From assembly GCA_945900705.1 (NCBI GenBank), contig CAMDKJ010000001.1:1-62692 (forward strand): a stretch of DNA of 62,692 bases, given 5' to 3'. Below, in pieces: positions 58,514 to 62,692 of the stretch. Under the pieces are notes generated by a model, which did not search any database, was not told the origin of the DNA, and saw only the letters and a program-made list of their open reading frames with translations. The DNA is from Bifidobacterium breve (GTDB taxonomy: Bacteria; Actinomycetota; Actinomycetes; S36-B12). Position 1 is the stretch's first letter. Each line of letters opens with the position of its first letter. Position numbers and translations under genes: made by a program.

Positions 58514-58747
58514 ATGAACGTCACAATTGTCGGCAAGCCGGGCTGTCACCTATGTGATGAGGCCCGGGTAATCGTTGAGCAGGTGTGCGCGGAGACCGGT
58601 GCGACCTGGGATGAAGTGTCAGTCTTGGAGGATGTCGCCCTCTTTGATTCTTATTGGGAGAAGATCCCGGTGTTGCTCATTGATGGGGCTGTTCACGATT
58701 TCTGGATAGTAGATCCGGACCGGTTACGCAGAGTTTTATCCCGATAA
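58514..58747 (+). CDS. Glutaredoxin-like small protein (DUF836-type)
   Basis: 77 aa with the CHLC redox motif near the N-terminus and IPVLLIDG. Confidence 0.75.
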   Translation: MNVTIVGKPGCHLCDEARVIVEQVCAETGATWDEVSVLEDVALFDSYWEKIPVLLIDGAVHDFWIVDPDRLRRVLSR

Positions 58748-58845
58748 TCGGACGCAAGTGTCCGCTCAACTTTGTGAAGTCGGGAACTAATGCCTACTCT
58801 TAGGGCACCTCGTCGAATGCGGCGGGGCTTCCCAGCAGGAGCAAC

Positions 58846-59556
58846 GTGTCAATCTCCCTCGGCAAAGGTCGGCCCCGTGAGGCCGGTCGTGGTATTCCAG
58901 ATGCCACGGTAGCCCGGCTACCGGTTTACCACCGCGTGTTGGTTTCCCTGAGCGAGGCCGGGGTGCAGACGGTTTCCTCCGAGGCACTGGCCGCTAAATG
59001 CGGGGTTAGCTCGGCTAAATTTCGCAAGGACCTTTCATATTTAGGCTCGTACGGCACCCGTGGGGTTGGCTACGACGTCTCGTACTTGACCTACCACATC
59101 AGCCGTGAGTTGGGCTCCGCGCAGCCTTGGGGCGTAGTAATCGTGGGCGTTGGCAATTTAGGTCGGGCGTTGATTTCCTATCGGGGATTTACTTCACGTG
59201 GTTTTGCCATCGTGGGCCTAGTCGATAATCATCCTGACGTAATAGGCGAAAGCATTACGACCAGTGAGCTCGGCAATCTCGTAGCATTGAAAGTTCGCCC
59301 CCTTGTCGAACTCGAGACCATCGTGGGCGCGACCAAAGCCCAAATCGGGGTGATTGCCACTCCGGCGGATTGTGCCCAAGGGGTATGTGACCGACTCGTG
59401 GCCTCCGGGATTCGCAGCATCTTGAATTTCGCGCCGGTGGTCCTCGAAGTCCCCAACACAGTTGAGGTACGCAAAGTTGATCTCGCGGTTGAATTGCAGA
59501 TTCTCGCATTCCACGAGCAACGCCGTGGCTATGAGCCGGAGGCGATGAACGCATGA
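58846..59556 (+). CDS. rex: Redox-sensing transcriptional repressor Rex
   Basis: IPDATVARLPVYHRVL, SSEALA...KFRKDLSYLGSYGTRGVGY, and the Rossmann motif VVIVGVGNLGRAL. Confidence 0.9.
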   Translation: MSISLGKGRPREAGRGIPDATVARLPVYHRVLVSLSEAGVQTVSSEALAAKCGVSSAKFRKDLSYLGSYGTRGVGYDVSYLTYHISRELGSAQPWGVVIVGVGNLGRALISYRGFTSRGFAIVGLVDNHPDVIGESITTSELGNLVALKVRPLVELETIVGATKAQIGVIATPADCAQGVCDRLVASGIRSILNFAPVVLEVPNTVEVRKVDLAVELQILAFHEQRRGYEPEAMNA

Positions 59557-61226
59557 CCAAGCCCAAAAATCCAGTAATACCAAATGAGCCAATCAGTACC
59601 AGCCCAGGAGACATTGTGAATACGACTACCAAGGCCCGCAAAAAGGTGAGCCTCGGTTCGGTTGCGCTTGTTGCAGCTGGCCCGGGTGATCCGGAGTTGC
59701 TGACACTCCGCTCGGCAGCACTTCTGCGCGACGCTGAAGTCGTCATTGTTGATGCTGAAGCCATTGACATAGCTAACGCCCACGCAAATGCCGGCGCCGA
59801 AATCATCATCGCTGTTGATCAAGAAGGTGCGCCCCTAGATCAGGTGGAGCGGGCCAAATTAATCGTGAATGCTGCGCGAGATGGCAAGCGCACCGTACGA
59901 CTCATCGCCGGCGACCCAGTGGTCGACGGCACGTTACTTCATGAGGCGGCGGCGCTACGTAAAGCCAAGGTGCCGTTTGAGGTTGCCCCGGGAGTCAGCG
60001 AAGTTACCGGAATCCCGGCATACGCCGGATTTGGATTAACCGGTGGCCGCACTCGGCAATTTCGCGTGGTCGACGCTGATGATGCCGACTTGGATTGGGC
60101 TGACCTTGTCAACCCGCGCATCACCCTAGTGGTACTCAATGGCGCAGACAAAGTTGCTGAAATTGCAGCGATGCTGGTGCAGGCCGGTGCCGATCCACAG
60201 ACCCATATCGCGGTAACCCGAAGGGGCACCACGGTTGATCAGCGAACAATTGCCAGCACCCTGTGTGAGATAGGCAATATTTCAAAGTTGATGAAACTCA
60301 CTGGTGTCGGCATTGTCGTTGTTGGTGATGTCGTGGCACAGCGCGAGAAATTGGATTGGTTCGAGGTTAAGTCGCTTTTCGGCTGGCGTGTGTTGATCCC
60401 ACGTACCCAAGACACCACCGGTTCGATCATGTCGCTGCTGCGCGGGCATGGGGCGGTACCCATGGAGGTGCCGACGATTTCGGTCGAGCCGCCGCGGACC
60501 CCGCAGCAAATTGACCGGGCAATCCACGGCCTGGTTTCCGGTCGTTACGAGTGGATTGGTTTTACTTCGGTAAACGCGGTACGAGCTATCCGCGAAAAAC
60601 TAGATGAGTACGGCCTTGATGCGCGGTCGTTCGCGGGCCTGAAAGTAGCGGCGGTTGGCGACAGCACGGTGGCCTCGCTAATCGAATTCGGCGTACGCCC
60701 GGATTTAGTCCCGGTCGGCGACCAGTCAACCAGGGCTTTGCTTGAAGACTGGCCGATATACGACTCATTGACCGATCCAATCAACCGGGTCTTCCTGCCC
60801 CGCGCCGATATTGCAACCGACACTTTGGCTGCTGGTTTGGCTGAACTTGGCTGGGAGGTCGAAGACATCACGGCTTATCGCACCGTGCGGGCAGCACCAC
60901 CGCCCGCCGAGGTGCGCGAAGCCATCAAAACCGGTGGTTTCGACGCCGTCCTATTCACCTCTAGCAGCACGGTGCGCAACCTCGTTGGCATCGCGGGCAA
61001 GCCACACCACACCACAATCGTGGCGTGCATCGGCCCGCAGACCGCTAAGGCTGCGCAGGAGCACGGCCTGCGGGTTGACGTACTCGCGGGCACCAGCACC
61101 TTGCACGGGTTGGTCGAGGCGGTTGCGGCTCATGGAGAGGTTCTGCGCGAAGCGGCTCTCGAATCCGGTGAAGGCAGTTGGCGCCCGAGTCGGCGTCGCA
61201 CCGCTGCACGCCGCAAAGTCACGTAA
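59553..61226 (+). CDS. hemD: Fusion of a tetrapyrrole (SUMT-like) methylase domain and uroporphyrinogen-III synthase (CobA/HemD)
   Basis: The N-terminal domain has VAAGPGDPELLTLRS and VAPGVSEVTGIPAYAG. The C-terminal HemD-like half has WRVLIPRTQD and VLFTSSSTV. An ATGA overlap links it to rex. Confidence 0.85.
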   Translation: MTKPKNPVIPNEPISTSPGDIVNTTTKARKKVSLGSVALVAAGPGDPELLTLRSAALLRDAEVVIVDAEAIDIANAHANAGAEIIIAVDQEGAPLDQVERAKLIVNAARDGKRTVRLIAGDPVVDGTLLHEAAALRKAKVPFEVAPGVSEVTGIPAYAGFGLTGGRTRQFRVVDADDADLDWADLVNPRITLVVLNGADKVAEIAAMLVQAGADPQTHIAVTRRGTTVDQRTIASTLCEIGNISKLMKLTGVGIVVVGDVVAQREKLDWFEVKSLFGWRVLIPRTQDTTGSIMSLLRGHGAVPMEVPTISVEPPRTPQQIDRAIHGLVSGRYEWIGFTSVNAVRAIREKLDEYGLDARSFAGLKVAAVGDSTVASLIEFGVRPDLVPVGDQSTRALLEDWPIYDSLTDPINRVFLPRADIATDTLAAGLAELGWEVEDITAYRTVRAAPPPAEVREAIKTGGFDAVLFTSSSTVRNLVGIAGKPHHTTIVACIGPQTAKAAQEHGLRVDVLAGTSTLHGLVEAVAAHGEVLREAALESGEGSWRPSRRRTAARRKVT

Positions 61227-61232
61227 CTTAGA

Positions 61233-61889
61233 GTGGCTCGTATGAGTGGTGATGAGCGAACTGTTGTACATCTGCTCCGGCATGGTGAGGTATACAACCC
61301 AGCAGGTGTCCTCTACGGGCGCCTTCCAGGTTATGTCCTTTCTGATCTTGGGCAGGTGATGGCAACACGAGCGGCAGCGGCCTTGGCCGACAACGACGTA
61401 ACCGCTGTTATCGCATCGCCGATGGAGCGGGCCCAGCAAACCGCGCAGCCCATTGCGGCAATACACGGATTAACTATTCAAACCGATCCGTTGCTGATTG
61501 AAGCCGACAATATCTTTGAGGGTCAGCGGGTTAGCGTCGGTGACGGAGTACTGAAGCAGCCAAAGACGTGGCGCCACCTCTGGAACCCACTTCGCCCATC
61601 CTGGGGTGAGCCATATGACGAAGTGGCCTCGCGCATGACCGCTGCGGTGCATGCGGCACGTGATCAAGTTCGCGGCCACGAAGCAGTTCTGGTCAGCCAT
61701 CAATTACCCATTTGGGTGGCACGCCTAGCCGCCGAAGACCGCCGGCTTTGGCATGACCCGCGTAGCCGGCAGTGCTCACTTGCTTCACTTACTTCACTGA
61801 CCTATGAAAATGACGATCTAGTAGCAATCACCTATACCGAGCCCTCACGTGACCTTCTGGCCAAGGCCAGCAAGGTCGCCGGCGCATAG
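61233..61889 (+). CDS. Histidine phosphatase (phosphoglycerate mutase-like) family protein
   Basis: VHLLRHGEVYNP (the RHG motif), and SPMERAQQTA. Confidence 0.85.
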   Translation: MARMSGDERTVVHLLRHGEVYNPAGVLYGRLPGYVLSDLGQVMATRAAAALADNDVTAVIASPMERAQQTAQPIAAIHGLTIQTDPLLIEADNIFEGQRVSVGDGVLKQPKTWRHLWNPLRPSWGEPYDEVASRMTAAVHAARDQVRGHEAVLVSHQLPIWVARLAAEDRRLWHDPRSRQCSLASLTSLTYENDDLVAITYTEPSRDLLAKASKVAGA

Positions 61890-61894
61890 CCGTC

Positions 61895-62488
61895 ATGATG
61901 CACCGCAGCACTCTCCGATTCGTGTTGCTGCTCATCGCCGGGAGCACGCTGTTCTTAATCACCGCATGCGGTAGTGGCGAGCCGGCTTCACCCGCCGGAG
62001 CTGATGCCGGGTTCGTGGCCGGCGATGGTTCGATCGTGGTTTTGCCCGTAGCGGGGCGGCAGCCGGCACCTGCTCTTATCGGCCCCACCCTCGAGGGCGG
62101 CACTTTTGACCTGGGCATGATTAAAGGTCAGGTGGTAGTACTAAATGTTTGGGCGTCATGGTGCGCACCATGTCGAGCCGAAGCCCCGGCCCTCGAAGCT
62201 GCCTGGTTGAAGTTTGCTGGCCAAGATGTGCAATTCATCGGGCTCAATACCCGGGATTCACCGAAGTCTGCAGAGGCATTCGTCAATCGGTTCAAGGTGA
62301 CGTATCCCAGCCTCATCGATACCGATGGGCAATTGCAATTGTTGTTCCGCGAAACCTTGCCACCGCAAGCGATTCCGTCGACCCTGATCATCGATAGGCA
62401 AGGCCGGGTGGCGGCGCGCGCGCTCGGCACGGTAAGTGAGTCATCCCTCCGCGCTCTGATCGAGCCACTCTTGGAAGAGCAGCCATGA
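61895..62488 (+). CDS. TlpA/ResA-family thiol-disulfide oxidoreductase lipoprotein
   Basis: Lipobox FLITAC and the redox motif WASWCAPC. Confidence 0.85.
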   Translation: MMHRSTLRFVLLLIAGSTLFLITACGSGEPASPAGADAGFVAGDGSIVVLPVAGRQPAPALIGPTLEGGTFDLGMIKGQVVVLNVWASWCAPCRAEAPALEAAWLKFAGQDVQFIGLNTRDSPKSAEAFVNRFKVTYPSLIDTDGQLQLLFRETLPPQAIPSTLIIDRQGRVAARALGTVSESSLRALIEPLLEEQP

Positions 62489-62692
62489 TCGGTGACCTGA
62501 TGGCGAGTGGGTCTCTCCTATTTGCTTTTCCGGTGGCTTTTGCCGCGGGCCTGATAGCTTTCCTTAGCCCCTGCGTACTGCCTTTGGCCCCGGGGTATGT
62601 GTCGTTTGTCACCGGCTTGACCGGGGCCGAAATTGCCGATGGACGCAAGAGTCGCATGCTGCTCGGCAGTGTGCTTTTCGTGCTCGGCTTTA
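62485..62692 (+). CDS. ccdA: Cytochrome c biogenesis protein CcdA, 3' end cut by window edge
   Basis: My own translation gives MIGDLMASGSLLFAFPVAFAAGLIAFLSPCVLPLAPGYVSFVTG..., containing the LSPCVLP motif. An ATGA overlap links it to the TlpA gene. Confidence 0.8.
   Translation, partial: MIGDLMASGSLLFAFPVAFAAGLIAFLSPCVLPLAPGYVSFVTGLTGAEIADGRKSRMLLGSVLFVLGF

Noticed and set aside
58772-58790. Rex operator upstream of rex (TTGTGAA...)
   Set aside because: Only one half-site, TTGTGAA, is present. The expected TTCACAA partner reads GAACTAA, which is too weak to call.

Overview
This window looks like a core chromosomal segment of a mid/high-GC actinobacterium. Supporting markers are mshB (mycothiol), ribosomal protein bS22, a BldC-like HTH protein and Rex. 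From memory, gene order resembles the Mycobacterium fum-glpX-xseAB-ispH-ychF and Rv0495c-ppx-proC-hemD-ccdA neighbourhoods. About 60 protein genes are supported, nearly all housekeeping: Liv and Opp ABC transporters, central metabolism, DNA repair (xseAB, rmuC, radA), typA, ychF, citrate synthase and a P-type ATPase. I found no tRNA, rRNA, transposase, integrase, prophage or CRISPR array. I did not find a recognisable multi-gene novel system such as a defence island. The items most worth a second look are: (1) a 73-aa ORF at 44083-44304 with serine at every third residue for 21 consecutive triplets, using all six Ser codons; (2) a 6 x 31-bp head-to-tail tandem repeat at 50649-50834, between a gene's stop codon and its terminator; (3) a visibly AT-richer patch at about 18.96-25.4 kb carrying a PotABCD-like ABC importer translationally coupled to a signal-less metallophosphoesterase; (4) a 22-bp strand-specific hairpin in the typA leader; (5) rex coupled directly to cobA/hemD with hemA and hemC absent; (6) a proline-dehydrogenase-like gene next to proC that seems to lack the substrate-binding Arg-Arg pair. 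All family calls rest on motifs and recalled homology read from the translations. No searches were run.
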